From Escherichia coli (GTDB lineage Bacteria > Pseudomonadota > Gammaproteobacteria > Enterobacterales > Enterobacteriaceae), in the NCBI RefSeq assembly GCF_041886205.1, contig NZ_CP169029.1: DNA of 64,000 nucleotides; one strand, 5' to 3'. Both the position numbers and the translations under genes were made by a program. Under the pieces are notes generated by a model. The model was not told where the DNA came from. It saw only the letters and a list, made by a program, of their open reading frames with translations, and searched no databases. Of this stretch, positions 48,991-61,300 are shown in pieces; the stretch's first letter is position 1, and every line of letters starts with the position of its first letter.

Positions 48991-50193
48991 ATGACACAAT
49001 TCGCTTCTCCTGTTCTGCACTCGTTGCTGGATACAGATGCTTATAAGTTGCATATGCAGCAAGCCGTGTTTCATCACTATTACGATGTGCATGTCGCGGC
49101 GGAGTTTCGTTGCCGAGGTGACGATCTGCTGGGTATTTATGCCGATGCTATTCGTGAACAGGTTCAGGCGATGCAGCACCTGCGCCTGCAGGATGATGAA
49201 TATCAATGGCTCTCAGCCCTGCCTTTCTTTAAGGCCGACTATCTTAACTGGTTACGCGAGTTCCGCTTTAACCCGGAACAAGTCACCGTATCCAACGATA
49301 ATGGCAAGCTGGATATTCGTTTAAGCGGCCCGTGGCGTGAAGTCATCCTCTGGGAAGTTCCTTTGCTGGCGGTTATCAGTGAAATGGTACATCGCTATCG
49401 CTCACCGCAGGCCGACGTTGCGCAAGCCCTCGACACGCTGGAAAGCAAATTAGTCGACTTCTCGGCATTAACCGCCGGTCTTGATATGTCGCGCTTCCAT
49501 CTGATGGATTTTGGCACCCGCCGCCGTTTTTCTCGCGAAGTACAAGAAACCATCGTTAAGCGTCTGCAACAGGAATCCTGGTTCGTGGGCACCAGCAACT
49601 ATGATCTGGCGCGCCGGCTTTCCCTCACGCCGATGGGAACACAGGCACACGAATGGTTCCAGGCGCATCAGCAAATCAGCCCGGATCTAGCCAACAGCCA
49701 GCGAGCTGCACTTGCTGCCTGGCTGGAAGAGTATCCCGACCAACTTGGCATTGCATTAACCGACTGCATCACTATGGATGCTTTCCTGCGTGATTTCGGT
49801 GTCGAGTTCGCTAGTCGGTATCAGGGCCTGCGTCATGACTCTGGCGACCCGGTTGAATGGGGTGAAAAAGCCATTGCACATTATGAAAAGCTGGGAATTG
49901 ATCCACAGAGTAAAACGCTGGTTTTCTCTGACAATCTGGATTTACGCAAAGCGGTTGAGCTATACCGCCACTTCTCTTCCCGCGTGCAATTAAGTTTTGG
50001 TATTGGGACTCGCCTGACCTGCGATATCCCCCAGGTAAAACCCCTGAATATTGTGATTAAGTTGGTAGAGTGTAACGGTAAACCGGTGGCGAAACTTTCT
50101 GACAGCCCTGGCAAAACTATCTGCCACGATAAAGCGTTTGTTCGGGCGCTGCGCAAAGCGTTCGACCTTCCGCATATTAAAAAAGCCAGTTAA
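48991..50193 (+). CDS. pncB: Nicotinate phosphoribosyltransferase PncB (400 aa)
   Basis: Track ORF 48943..50193; the known product starts at [30 protein letters not shown] (ATG at 48991). Confidence 0.93.
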   Translation: MTQFASPVLHSLLDTDAYKLHMQQAVFHHYYDVHVAAEFRCRGDDLLGIYADAIREQVQAMQHLRLQDDEYQWLSALPFFKADYLNWLREFRFNPEQVTVSNDNGKLDIRLSGPWREVILWEVPLLAVISEMVHRYRSPQADVAQALDTLESKLVDFSALTAGLDMSRFHLMDFGTRRRFSREVQETIVKRLQQESWFVGTSNYDLARRLSLTPMGTQAHEWFQAHQQISPDLANSQRAALAAWLEEYPDQLGIALTDCITMDAFLRDFGVEFASRYQGLRHDSGDPVEWGEKAIAHYEKLGIDPQSKTLVFSDNLDLRKAVELYRHFSSRVQLSFGIGTRLTCDIPQVKPLNIVIKLVECNGKPVAKLSDSPGKTICHDKAFVRALRKAFDLPHIKKAS

Positions 50194-50201
50194 TATCATC
50201 A

Positions 50202-50227
50202 GGGAGCTAATCGGCTCCCTTTTTTTA
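50202..50227 (+). terminator. Intrinsic terminator after pncB
   Basis: Stem GGGAGC-TAATCG-GCTCCC followed by T8. Confidence 0.75.
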
Positions 50228-50361
50228 CCTTTAATTCCGAAATCTTTCGCTGCATTTGCGAATTCTGCTTGTCTGATTGCAGATGCCAGGTAACATAGGT
50301 ATCCCCCCATTTACGGGTGGACAAGTGTTTATTTTTTCCGACTATTAACAGAGAGAATATT

Positions 50362-51762
50362 ATGAGCGTTGTGCCTGTAGCCGACGTACTCCAGGGCCGT
50401 GTAGCCGTTGACAGCGAAGTCACCGTGCGCGGATGGGTACGTACCCGCCGAGATTCAAAAGCTGGCATCTCCTTCCTCGCCGTTTATGACGGTTCCTGCT
50501 TTGATCCTGTACAGGCTGTCATCAATAATTCTCTGCCCAATTACAATGAAGACGTCCTGCGTCTGACCACCGGCTGCTCGGTCATTGTGACGGGTAAAGT
50601 CGTGGCGTCGCCGGGCCAGGGGCAACAATTTGAAATTCAGGCCAGCAAGGTTGAAGTTGCTGGTTGGGTTGAAGATCCAGACACTTACCCGATGGCGGCA
50701 AAACGCCACAGCATTGAGTATCTGCGTGAAGTCGCTCACCTGCGTCCGCGCACAAACCTGATTGGTGCCGTCGCGCGCGTTCGCCATACGCTGGCGCAGG
50801 CGCTGCATCGCTTCTTTAACGAGCAGGGATTCTTCTGGGTTTCAACGCCACTGATTACTGCGTCTGATACCGAAGGGGCTGGCGAAATGTTCCGCGTTTC
50901 TACGCTGGATCTGGAAAATCTGCCGCGTAACGATCAGGGCAAAGTGGATTTCGACAAAGACTTCTTTGGTAAAGAGTCTTTCCTGACCGTATCTGGCCAG
51001 TTGAACGGCGAAACCTACGCTTGCGCATTATCCAAAATTTATACCTTCGGCCCGACTTTCCGTGCTGAAAACTCCAACACCAGCCGTCACCTGGCGGAGT
51101 TCTGGATGCTGGAGCCGGAAGTGGCGTTTGCTAACCTGAACGATATCGCGGGTCTGGCTGAAGCCATGCTGAAATATGTCTTCAAAGCGGTTCTCGAAGA
51201 ACGCGCAGACGACATGAAATTCTTCGCTGAACGCGTAGATAAAGATGCCGTTTCACGTCTGGAACGCTTCATTGAGGCCGATTTCGCGCAGGTGGATTAC
51301 ACCGACGCAGTGACCATTCTCGAAAACTGCGGCAGGAAGTTTGAAAACCCGGTTTACTGGGGCGTCGATCTCTCTTCTGAGCATGAGCGTTATCTGGCGG
51401 AAGAACACTTTAAAGCACCGGTAGTGGTTAAAAACTATCCGAAAGATATTAAAGCGTTCTATATGCGCCTCAACGAAGACGGTAAAACCGTTGCGGCTAT
51501 GGACGTTCTGGCTCCGGGCATCGGTGAGATCATTGGTGGCTCCCAGCGTGAAGAACGTCTGGACGTTCTGGACGAGCGTATGCTGGAAATGGGCCTGAAT
51601 AAAGAAGATTACTGGTGGTATCGCGATCTGCGTCGCTACGGTACTGTTCCGCATTCAGGTTTCGGTCTTGGTTTTGAACGCCTGATTGCTTACGTAACTG
51701 GCGTGCAAAACGTGCGTGATGTGATTCCGTTCCCACGTACTCCGCGCAACGCCAGCTTCTGA
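50362..51762 (+). CDS. asnS: Asparaginyl-tRNA synthetase AsnS (466 aa)
   Basis: Track ORF 50317..51762; the known product starts at [30 protein letters not shown] (ATG at 50362). Confidence 0.95.
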
Positions 51763-51773
51763 TTTTCTTCCTC

Positions 51774-51804
51774 AAAGAGCCAGCGCCTGCTGGCTCTTTT
51801 TTAT
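51774..51804 (+). terminator. Intrinsic terminator after asnS
   Basis: Stem AGAGCCAGC-GCCT-GCTGGCTCT followed by TTTTTT. Confidence 0.85.
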
Positions 51805-52153
51805 CCTTTCTGTCAAGTTATCTGTTTGTTAAGTCAAGCAATCTATTTGCAACCCCGCCATAACGATCATCCTGTTACGGAATATTACATTGCAACATTT
51901 ACGCACAAAAAATAACCTGGATTCTTATTGCGGATTAGTTTTTTCTTAGCTGATAGCACAATTTTCATACTATTTTTTGGCATTCTGGATGTCTGAACGA
52001 GGATTTAGTGCCAGGTCGATAAAGTTTCCATCAGAAACAAAATTTCCGTTTAGTTAATTTAAATATAAGGAAATCATATAAATAGATAAAAATTGCTGTA
52101 AATATCATCACGCTTCTATGGAAATATGACGGTGTTCACAAAGTTCCTTAAAT

Positions 52154-52218
52154 TTTACTTTTGGTTACATATTTTTTCTTTTTGAAACCAAATCTTTATC
52201 TTTGTAGCACTTTCACGG
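52154..52218 (+). promoter_or_regulatory. ompF promoter-proximal OmpR binding sites F1-F2-F3
   Basis: Sequence TTTACTTTTGGTTACATATTTTTTCTTTTTGAAACCAAATCTTTATCTTTGTAGCACTTTCACGG matches the classical ompF OmpR-box region as I recall it, about 150-210 nt upstream of the ATG. Confidence 0.8.
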
Positions 52219-52363
52219 TAGCGAAACGTTAGTTTGAATGGAAAGATGCCTGCAGACACATAAAGACACCAAACTCTCATCAATAGTTCCGTAAATTTTT
52301 ATTGACAGAACTTATTGACGGCAGTGGCAGGTGTCATAAAAAAAACCATGAGGGTAATAAATA

Positions 52364-53452
52364 ATGATGAAGCGCAATATTCTGGCAGTGATCGTCCCTG
52401 CTCTGTTAGTAGCAGGTACTGCAAACGCTGCAGAAATCTATAACAAAGATGGCAACAAAGTAGATCTGTACGGTAAAGCTGTCGGTCTGCATTATTTTTC
52501 TAAAGACAATGGTGTAAACAGTTACGGCGGAAACGGCGACAAAACTTATGCCCGTCTTGGTTTTAAAGGGGAAACACAAATCAATTCCGATCTGACCGGT
52601 TATGGTCAGTGGGAATATAACTTCCAGGGTAACAACTCTGAAGGCGCTGACGCTCAAACTGGTAACAAAACGCGTCTGGCATTCGCGGGTCTTAAATACG
52701 CTGACATTGGTTCTTTCGATTACGGCCGTAACTACGGTGTGGTTTATGATGCACTGGGTTACACCGATATGCTGCCAGAATTTGGTGGTGATACTGCATA
52801 CAGCGATGACTTCTTCGTTGGTCGTGTTGGCGGCGTTGCTACCTATCGTAACTCCAACTTCTTTGGTCTGGTTGATGGCCTGAACTTCGCTGTTCAGTAC
52901 CTGGGTAAAAACGAGCGTGACACTGCACGCCGCTCTAACGGCGACGGTGTTGGCGGTTCTATCAGCTACGAATACGAAGGCTTTGGTATCGTTGGTGCTT
53001 ATGGTGCAGCTGACCGTACCAACCTGCAAGAAGCTCAACCTCTTGGCAACGGTAAAAAAGCTGAACAGTGGGCTACTGGTCTGAAGTACGACGCGAACAA
53101 CATCTACCTGGCAGCGAACTACGGTGAAACCCGTAACGCTACGCCGATCACTAATAAATTTACAAACACCAGCGGCTTCGCCAACAAAACGCAAGACGTT
53201 CTGTTAGTTGCGCAATACCAGTTCGATTTCGGTCTGCGTCCGTCCATCGCTTACACCAAATCTAAAGCGAAAGACGTAGAAGGTATCGGTGATGTTGATC
53301 TGGTGAACTACTTTGAAGTGGGCGCAACCTACTACTTCAACAAAAACATGTCCACCTATGTTGACTACATCATCAACCAGATCGATTCTGACAACAAACT
53401 GGGCGTAGGTTCAGACGACACCGTTGCTGTGGGTATCGTTTACCAGTTCTAA
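52364..53452 (+). CDS. ompF: Outer membrane porin OmpF precursor (362 aa)
   Basis: Track [48 protein letters not shown]... ending in the C-terminal Phe; a few substitutions relative to the K-12 sequence I recall. Confidence 0.95.
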   Translation: MMKRNILAVIVPALLVAGTANAAEIYNKDGNKVDLYGKAVGLHYFSKDNGVNSYGGNGDKTYARLGFKGETQINSDLTGYGQWEYNFQGNNSEGADAQTGNKTRLAFAGLKYADIGSFDYGRNYGVVYDALGYTDMLPEFGGDTAYSDDFFVGRVGGVATYRNSNFFGLVDGLNFAVQYLGKNERDTARRSNGDGVGGSISYEYEGFGIVGAYGAADRTNLQEAQPLGNGKKAEQWATGLKYDANNIYLAANYGETRNATPITNKFTNTSGFANKTQDVLLVAQYQFDFGLRPSIAYTKSKAKDVEGIGDVDLVNYFEVGATYYFNKNMSTYVDYIINQIDSDNKLGVGSDDTVAVGIVYQF

Positions 53453-53477
53453 TAGCACACCTCTTTGTTAAATGCCG

Positions 53478-53508
53478 AAAAAACAGGACTTTGGTCCTGT
53501 TTTTTTTA
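53478..53508 (+). terminator. Intrinsic terminator after ompF
   Basis: Stem CAGGAC-TTTG-GTCCTG followed by T9. Confidence 0.85.
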
Positions 53509-53636
53509 TACCTTCCAGAGCAATCTCACGTCTTGCAAAAACAGCCTGCGTTTTCATCAGTAATAGTTGGAATTTTGTAAATCTCCCGTTACCCTGATAG
53601 CGGACTTCCCTTCTGTAACCATAATGGAACCTCGTC

Positions 53637-54827
53637 ATGTTTGAGAACATTACCGCCGCTCCTGCCGACCCGATTCTGGGCCTGGCCGATCTGTTTCGTG
53701 CCGATGAACGTCCCGGCAAAATTAACCTCGGGATTGGTGTCTATAAAGATGAGACGGGCAAAACCCCGGTACTGACCAGCGTGAAAAAGGCTGAACAGTA
53801 TCTGCTCGAAAATGAAACCACCAAAAATTACCTCGGCATTGACGGCATCCCTGAATTTGGTCGCTGCACTCAGGAACTGCTGTTTGGTAAAGGTAGCGCC
53901 CTGATCAATGACAAACGTGCTCGCACGGCACAGACTCCGGGGGGCACTGGCGCACTACGCGTGGCTGCCGATTTCCTGGCAAAAAATACCAGCGTTAAGC
54001 GTGTGTGGGTGAGCAACCCAAGCTGGCCGAACCATAAGAGCGTCTTTAACTCTGCAGGTCTGGAAGTTCGTGAATACGCTTATTATGATGCGGAAAATCA
54101 CACTCTTGACTTCGATGCACTGATTAACAGCCTGAATGAAGCTCAGGCTGGCGACGTAGTGCTGTTCCATGGCTGCTGCCATAACCCAACCGGTATCGAC
54201 CCTACGCTGGAACAATGGCAGACACTGGCACAACTCTCCGTTGAGAAAGGCTGGTTACCGCTGTTTGACTTCGCTTACCAGGGTTTTGCCCGTGGTCTGG
54301 AAGAAGATGCTGAAGGACTGCGCGCTTTCGCGGCTATGCATAAAGAGCTGATTGTTGCCAGTTCCTACTCTAAAAACTTTGGCCTGTACAACGAGCGTGT
54401 TGGCGCTTGTACTCTGGTTGCTGCCGACAGTGAAACCGTTGATCGCGCATTCAGCCAAATGAAAGCGGCGATTCGCGCTAACTACTCTAACCCACCAGCA
54501 CACGGCGCTTCTGTTGTTGCCACCATCCTGAGCAACGATGCGTTACGTGCGATTTGGGAACAAGAGCTGACTGATATGCGCCAGCGTATTCAGCGTATGC
54601 GTCAGTTGTTCGTCAATACGCTGCAGGAAAAAGGCGCAAACCGCGACTTCAGCTTTATCATCAAACAGAACGGCATGTTCTCCTTCAGTGGCCTGACAAA
54701 AGAACAAGTGCTGCGTCTGCGCGAAGAGTTTGGCGTATATGCGGTTGCTTCTGGTCGCGTAAATGTGGCCGGGATGACACCAGATAACATGGCTCCGCTG
54801 TGCGAAGCGATTGTGGCAGTGCTGTAA
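53637..54827 (+). CDS. aspC: Aspartate aminotransferase AspC (396 aa)
   Basis: Track [49 protein letters not shown]... matches AspC. Confidence 0.96.
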   Translation: MFENITAAPADPILGLADLFRADERPGKINLGIGVYKDETGKTPVLTSVKKAEQYLLENETTKNYLGIDGIPEFGRCTQELLFGKGSALINDKRARTAQTPGGTGALRVAADFLAKNTSVKRVWVSNPSWPNHKSVFNSAGLEVREYAYYDAENHTLDFDALINSLNEAQAGDVVLFHGCCHNPTGIDPTLEQWQTLAQLSVEKGWLPLFDFAYQGFARGLEEDAEGLRAFAAMHKELIVASSYSKNFGLYNERVGACTLVAADSETVDRAFSQMKAAIRANYSNPPAHGASVVATILSNDALRAIWEQELTDMRQRIQRMRQLFVNTLQEKGANRDFSFIIKQNGMFSFSGLTKEQVLRLREEFGVYAVASGRVNVAGMTPDNMAPLCEAIVAVL

Positions 54828-54837
54828 GCGTTAAAAA

Positions 54838-54869
54838 CAATGAAGCCCGCTGAAAAGCGGGCTTTTTTA
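54838..54869. terminator. Bidirectional intrinsic terminator between convergent aspC and gloC
   Basis: Stem GCCCGC-TGAAAA-GCGGGC flanked by an A-tract and T6. Confidence 0.85.
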
Positions 54870-54875
54870 TGCGAC

Positions 54876-55523
54876 TTACCAGACGGGCATTTCGTCTTGC
54901 AGGAAGGGATTGTGCAGGCGCTCATAACCAAGAGTGGATAATGGTCCGTGACCCGGAATAAATGTCACGTCATCCCCCAGTGGCAGCAATTTATCTTTGA
55001 TTGAAGAAATCAGTTGATTATGATCGCCACGCGGGAAGTCACTGCGCCCTACTCCGCCTTTGAAAATAACATCGCCAGAAATCAGCAGCTTTGCCCGATC
55101 ATCAAAAAACACGACATGACCCGGCGTATGCCCAGGGCAATGTAACACCTGTAAAGTCACATTCCCTATGCTGATGGTATCGCCTTCGTTCAGCCAACGA
55201 TCTGGCGTCAGCGGCTGGCACTCTTCCAGACCAAACATACGACTTTGCGCAGGCAAGCCTTGCAGCCAGAACTCATCTTCTTTTTCCGGGCCAAAAACCG
55301 GCACGCCGTAATGTTGCGCCAGTTCCGCCGCTGCGCCAACGTGGTCCAGATGACCATGCGTCAGCAGGATCTGCATCAGTGTCAGGCCGCTGTCATCAAC
55401 TTCCTGTTTGATTTTTTCCGCATCGCCGCCAGGATCGACCAGTGCGGCCAGGCGGGTTTGTTCACACCAGATCAATGAACAGTTCTGGGAGAATGCGGTG
55501 ACCGGAATAATACGATAGTTCAT
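54876..55523 (-). CDS. gloC: Hydroxyacylglutathione hydrolase GloC (YcbL), metallo-beta-lactamase fold, 215 aa
   Basis: Track [41 protein letters not shown]... with the THGHLDH motif. Confidence 0.9.
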   Translation of the reverse strand: MNYRIIPVTAFSQNCSLIWCEQTRLAALVDPGGDAEKIKQEVDDSGLTLMQILLTHGHLDHVGAAAELAQHYGVPVFGPEKEDEFWLQGLPAQSRMFGLEECQPLTPDRWLNEGDTISIGNVTLQVLHCPGHTPGHVVFFDDRAKLLISGDVIFKGGVGRSDFPRGDHNQLISSIKDKLLPLGDDVTFIPGHGPLSTLGYERLHNPFLQDEMPVW

Positions 55524-55549
55524 ACTGCCCCTGTTTCGTTAAGCAATTA

Positions 55550-56098
55550 CTACCAGTGCCGTGCTGGCCCGGTATCAATATGCACAAAGTTACTACGTGG
55601 GTAATATCCTACACCACCTGCGCGCATAGATAACGCGGCTTTGCGAATATTGCTTAACGCGATACCTTCAATATGGAAATCCATCGCCTGGCCTTTAGTG
55701 TGATAGCTTTTCTTCGCTACTCCACGGCTGCGGGCGCGTAGTTCATTGTTGGTATCAATGGAACGATAACCGGAAATGAGTTGCACCGGTTTGCGGGTGC
55801 CTAACAACCCTTGCAGGCGATACAACTGGTCGAATAATCCTGGGTCGATGGACTTTATTTTGTTCGCGCGGTAATCGCGGAAAAAATGGTTAAGTTTTGC
55901 CAATTCTTCCTGAATATAGCCTCTGCCATCGAAAAACTCCGCTTTGATTGACTCTCCGGTATGAAGATTATTGAGTGTCAAAATGCGCGGGCGTGGGGTA
56001 GAGAGTGTTGCAAACGCAGGGGTCGGCAGGATGGCGGCACCGAGTGCAACGCCACCAAGCGCCAGCAATTTGCGGCGATTAGCGTCGAATTTGTCCAT
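55550..56098 (-). CDS. mepK: Murein endopeptidase MepK (YcbK), 182 aa, Tat signal
   Basis: Track ORF 55550..56107; start taken at MDKFDANRRKLLALGGVALGAAILPTPAFA (56098), which carries a twin-arginine motif. Confidence 0.88.
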   Translation of the reverse strand: MDKFDANRRKLLALGGVALGAAILPTPAFATLSTPRPRILTLNNLHTGESIKAEFFDGRGYIQEELAKLNHFFRDYRANKIKSIDPGLFDQLYRLQGLLGTRKPVQLISGYRSIDTNNELRARSRGVAKKSYHTKGQAMDFHIEGIALSNIRKAALSMRAGGVGYYPRSNFVHIDTGPARHW

Positions 56099-56278
56099 GA
56101 TAATCAAGTCTACAGGTCAATGTTATCGTTTATATGCACTTCTGGCGCACAAGAGGCACCTTAACCGCCCGTAAAGCAGACGTCAAGATGACTAAACCCC
56201 AGCAGTGACGGGGGCTGCAGAGAATCGCCCCCAATCATGCTAATTATTACGACAACTGATTTCCCCGAACTACTTCAT

Positions 56279-58126
56279 TTACCTGATTAATTGTTCCGCT
56301 TTCGATACGATTTGCGAGCTGGATCGCGCAGGCAGATCATAATTGTAAATATCTGTACGATACTGGGTACGACCATCTGCACCAACAAAGGCAGTCAGGT
56401 AGTAGAGATTCACCGGAATCGACTGCCGAATATTGACGTAACGCGTATCACCCTGCTTCAGCGCATCAGAAATACGTTTGTCATTCCAGCCTGCATCCTG
56501 CAACAGCATATTCGCCAGATCGGAAGCTTTATTCACTCGTACACAGCCTGAGCTCAATGCGCGTGTATCACGCTTGAACAGATTGTGGTTCGGCGTGTCA
56601 TGCAAATAAATGGCCTCTGAACTCGGCATATTGAATTTATAGCGCCCCAGCGAGTTCCGTGGGCCTGGAGCCTGCTGGAAGCGGAACGGTAAATTCGAGG
56701 CCGTGATTGTAGACCAGTCAACCTGCCATGGGTCAATCGCTTCTCTGCTGTTCCAGCCGCGCATCACCGTATAGCCATGGCTTTCGAGATATCCCGGATC
56801 GTTGCGCACTTTCGGCAGAATATCTTTGCGTGCCAGAGTTGGTGGTACGTTCCACGGCGGGTTTACCACTACGTTGTTAAGGGCACTGCTCATCATCGGC
56901 GTTTTGCGATCGGGGCGACCGACAATGACTCGGGAATCCAGCACCTGATTGCCGTTCTGATAATAAACCAGCGAATAGGCCGGAATGTTAACCATGATCC
57001 CGGTAGAAAGCTCTGTTGGCAGCAAGCGCAATCGCTGGATGTTGAGTGCCAACACGCCAGCACGCTGGGCGGGCGTTACGTTTAACCAGTCCCGCGTTGC
57101 CGGGCCAATAGCACCATCTGCCCCCAATCCTTGCCATGCCTGAAAACGTTTAACGGCTTCCACCAGTTCATTATCGTAGGCGGCGCGAACGGCAGGCGCA
57201 GGTTTACTACGAGACGTCGTTTGTTTGTCCATCGGCTTAGTTTCTGCTGTTTCAACAGTAACAGCGGATGGGCTGACTACCGCGTCAGTTGGCGTGTCAT
57301 CGCCAGGTAGCGTAATTTTCGGCCCCCCGTCCAACATGCCTGTGCGTTGCAATATTTCGCGCAACGCCGGTACGTCGTTACTCCACTGCCCTGGGCGCAA
57401 CGTTGCTTTGCCGGTCAGTTGGGGCCACGGTTTGGTGTCACTAAGTAAGGCCAGTAACGACTCATGCATCGCCGCATATTGCGGATGCTGCGGTGCCAGT
57501 CCTGCAACAAACGTAGGCAATTGGCCTTTATCCAGCGCCAGCTGCCATTGGTTAATCACCGAAAGCGGCGGCGTTGCAAGCGCATAAGGTTTACTGCTAT
57601 ATAGCCAGCGAGTGCCTTTGACTGGAATATTTGCAATGAAATGGAGATAGCCCATCATCGCATCAGAGAGCACCACGTCGCGTGCCATCCCGTTAACACC
57701 AGGATCGGTCAGTAACTCTACCCATTTATTAAACTGCGGCTGGAAACCGGCAATCGCCACCTCTGCCAGCTGTTGCTGGAAGGCTTTAACAGCATCACGG
57801 TTTTCCCACATGGGTTGCATATCGCGTGCGGCATACAACAATTGAAGCTGGTTAAGATAAACCGGCTTGTAACCTGCGGGTAATTGAGATTCGATTTGCG
57901 TGCGGGCTTTTTCTGCCGCACCTTCAGGCAATGGCTGGATCCCCGCCATTATTGCCGTGGCTTGCGCCTGCGGCAGTGCCTCGCCCTGTTCACTGACAGC
58001 CACCGGGCTGTCGCCAGGGATTACTTCAGGCTCATCGGCCTGCGCATTGAACAGTGGAGCGAATGTTACGGCCAGGCACAAACTGATTGCCGACAGCCGA
58101 CGACCACACATCATATTAAGCAACAT
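56279..58126 (-). CDS. ldtD: L,D-transpeptidase LdtD (YcbB), 615 aa
   Basis: Track [38 protein letters not shown]... with a C-terminal YkuD-type catalytic region (HDTPNHNLF...SSGCVRV). Confidence 0.92.
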   Translation of the reverse strand: MLLNMMCGRRLSAISLCLAVTFAPLFNAQADEPEVIPGDSPVAVSEQGEALPQAQATAIMAGIQPLPEGAAEKARTQIESQLPAGYKPVYLNQLQLLYAARDMQPMWENRDAVKAFQQQLAEVAIAGFQPQFNKWVELLTDPGVNGMARDVVLSDAMMGYLHFIANIPVKGTRWLYSSKPYALATPPLSVINQWQLALDKGQLPTFVAGLAPQHPQYAAMHESLLALLSDTKPWPQLTGKATLRPGQWSNDVPALREILQRTGMLDGGPKITLPGDDTPTDAVVSPSAVTVETAETKPMDKQTTSRSKPAPAVRAAYDNELVEAVKRFQAWQGLGADGAIGPATRDWLNVTPAQRAGVLALNIQRLRLLPTELSTGIMVNIPAYSLVYYQNGNQVLDSRVIVGRPDRKTPMMSSALNNVVVNPPWNVPPTLARKDILPKVRNDPGYLESHGYTVMRGWNSREAIDPWQVDWSTITASNLPFRFQQAPGPRNSLGRYKFNMPSSEAIYLHDTPNHNLFKRDTRALSSGCVRVNKASDLANMLLQDAGWNDKRISDALKQGDTRYVNIRQSIPVNLYYLTAFVGADGRTQYRTDIYNYDLPARSSSQIVSKAEQLIR

Positions 58127-58349
58127 CCCTTGCCCCCTGTTTTTATCATACTCTGAATAGCCAGGCTGTTATTTTACGACTTGCCTGTACAACGCCAATA
58201 CTCACGAAAGTATGACGAGCAAGCCTGTTACTCATCAGGCTTATCTTCAGTATATAAACGCCGATACGTTTTTACATAACCTAATGTAAAGAAGTTTAAA
58301 GAAAAGCGCGCCGTAATGTGCCACTTTTTTAGTGCAGAAACGGAGTTTT

Positions 58350-58382
58350 CGGAAAAAGAAAAGGCGGCATTGCTGCCGCCTT
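58350..58382 (-). terminator. Intrinsic terminator downstream of mukB
   Basis: On the minus strand: stem AAGGCGGCA-GCAA-TGCCGCCTT followed by TTCTTTTTCC, a few nt after the mukB stop. Confidence 0.8.
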
Positions 58383-58386
58383 CATT

Positions 58387-61300
58387 TTAACTCGCCTGGG
58401 AAGGCGCTTCGTCACTTCCTGGAAGCGTTTCAGGGAGTTGCGGCGCAAATCCTCGCAGGCCGACGACGTGAACATGTTCGGTATTCTGGAAGACTTTACG
58501 CACCAGTTTATAGGTGGTGCCTTTCTCCGGGCTGATATTTTCCGGCGCTGCGATGATGAGCTGCATTTGCAAACGTTCACACAATTCAAACAGCGTGGCG
58601 ATAGAACGAGCATCCAGTCGCGCTGCTTCATCGAGGAACAGCAGGCGGCAAGGAGAGATATCTTTACCGCGCAGGCGGCGAGATTCATCTTCCCAGCTTT
58701 GTACCACCATCACCAGAATCGACATACCGGTACCAATCGCCTCACCGGTCGACAGAGCACCAGACTCTGCGCGCAACCAGCCATCGGAACCACGGTTAAC
58801 CTCAACTTCCATTTCCAGATAGTTGCGGTAATCCAGCAGTTCTTCGCCAATGGTCTGCGGCGTGCGCTGCCCCATATCAATCTGCGGATTAAGACGCTGA
58901 TACAATTTCGCCAGCGCTTCCGAGAAGGTCAGACGGTTGCTGTTAAACAGATCCTGATGCTGCTCGTGCTGTTCAGAGAGCACATCCAGCAGCATGGCGT
59001 GCGTTTCACGCACGTTCACGTTCAGACGTACGCTGTTCACCTGACCAAACGATACGTTCTGCAAACCCTGGTTGAGCATACGGATACGGTTCTGTTCGCG
59101 CTGAATGGTTTTGCGAATAATGTTCGCCACGCTGCGGGAACTGATCGCCAGTTTCTGTTCACGGGAGGTTAATTCTTCGGTCAGACGGCTAAGCTCGATC
59201 TCCATCTGTTCGATAGCTTCCACCGGATCATCGGTACGAATAATATCCTGACGAATACGTTCACGCAGATGCTGATAAACCGCCACGAAGAACTGAATTT
59301 TACGTTCCGGACGTTTTGGATCTTCCGACATACGCAGCACGTCGCGCAGATGTTCGTTATCCGCCACCGCCAGACGCAGCGCACCTAACGCCTTATCCGA
59401 CATGGAACGCAAATCATCAGCGGAGAGATAAGCCAGCTCACGACGGTGTAAGCGGCGCTCAACGCCGTTATCTTTCACCATGCGCATCACCGCACACCAG
59501 CCCGCTTTGGCGGTCACTACCTGCTCGCGCATCTCAAAGTAATCCCGCTCCAGCTTGCGCAGTTTGCGGGTCAGGTTGTCCATCTCCGCTTCGCAGAAGG
59601 TAAGCGCTTTTTCCAGTTGATTGCGGCGTGAACGGTTATTGCTCAGTTGCGCATGCAGCTCGTCACGGCGAATACGCGCCCGCTCTTCTGCCCCGCTATC
59701 AGCACGCACGCCGATATCCTGCAATTCACGTTGCAGATCGTTGAGTAGCTCTTTTTTGGTGTCGTAAGAACTTTTCAGCGAAGCCAGCACCTGGTTGTAC
59801 TGACTCAACTGCGCTGCGTGACCGCGCAACGCTTCGCGAGCGCGGGTACGCTCCGCTTCCGCCTGTTCCAGACGTTCACGCAGTTTTTCGTTGAGATCGC
59901 TGTTACCGCTAAGCATTTCTGCCGAGTCAGAATAGCTAAAGTGCGCACGACGCTGCACCACTTCCGTCAGGGCAAACGCCTGCTGACGGGCATCGCGCTG
60001 CATCTGCTGAGAGTACGCGTAATCTTCTTTTAACTGTTCGAACTGTTCCGGGTCGCTCTGCAATACCGAAACGATCGGTTCCAGTTTCGCCAGTTGATTG
60101 CCAAACTGCTGAACAAAACGCGCAGCTTCCTGGGCTTCATCCAGACGTTCGCGGATTTCATCGACGCGATCCGCCAGGCTGTCATCAGCCAACAGGTTGA
60201 GACGCGGCAGAATGCGGTTCAGCGCCGTAACGCCTTCTTTCGCCTGCTCAAACTGAATACGCTGCTGCTGGTTATCATTTTCATGATTACTCAACGCCCG
60301 CTCCAGTTCGACGCGACGGCTGTTCAGTTGACGGATTTCTGCTTCCGGGTCAGACTCAAACGCAACCGCCAGATGACTGCCGATAAAGCGGCTGAACGCC
60401 TGATGCAGACGCTGAGTTTTCTGTACATCAAAGGAGAGCGTGGCGAAGCGTTCGGAAAGCACTTCACGCTCGGCATGGAGGCTTTCAATACGGCTTTCAC
60501 GCGCAGCACGACCAAACAGCGGCACTTCCGGGAAACGTGAATAACGCCACTGACGATCGGCGATTTTCACCACTACCGCTTTTTCCAGCTCATCAACGCT
60601 GAACACGCTGTCATCGAATGACTGCGGATCTCCTTCGATCAGATAGAGATCTTCCGGGCAATCGGTCAAGCCTTCCAGGTGTTCAGTTACCTGTGACAGA
60701 TCTGGCACCACGATGGCGTGGCGTGACGGGCCATACAGCGCTGAGAAGTACGGCGCATCTTCCAGGCTAACGTCGTCATAAATTTCTGACAGCAGCACAC
60801 CACCAAAACGCTCCGCCAGCGCGTTCAGACGCTGATCTTCAGAGCCGCCAGGCTGGCTTAAACGTTCGATCTCTTCATCGACGGCGTTTTTGCGCGCGCC
60901 CACTTCATCGCGTTCAACAATCGCCTCTCGCTCACGCTCCAGCAACTGTTGCAGATATTCGGTGACGTCCTGGCTGGAGGTAAACTCTTCGCCGCACTGT
61001 TCGCTCAACTGGTTGAGACTGTTTTGCGCTGCCAGCCAAACCGGCGCACGCTGCATCAAACTCTGAATGCGAGACTGCAGCTGTTCCTGCTCCTGGCGCA
61101 GTGCCATGCGCTCTTCACGGGCGTTAGACACGCTATCGGAAAGAGAGGCAATGCGTGCTTCCAGTTCCTGATGCAGGGCTTCCAGTTCGTCGATATCAAA
61201 ATTCTTGCCCTGACGTTTGCAGAAATCTGCCAGCAGACGCTCAGCTTCTTGCTGCTCGCGTAGACGCTGTTCCAGTTCGCTTAATCGCATCCGCAGCGGC

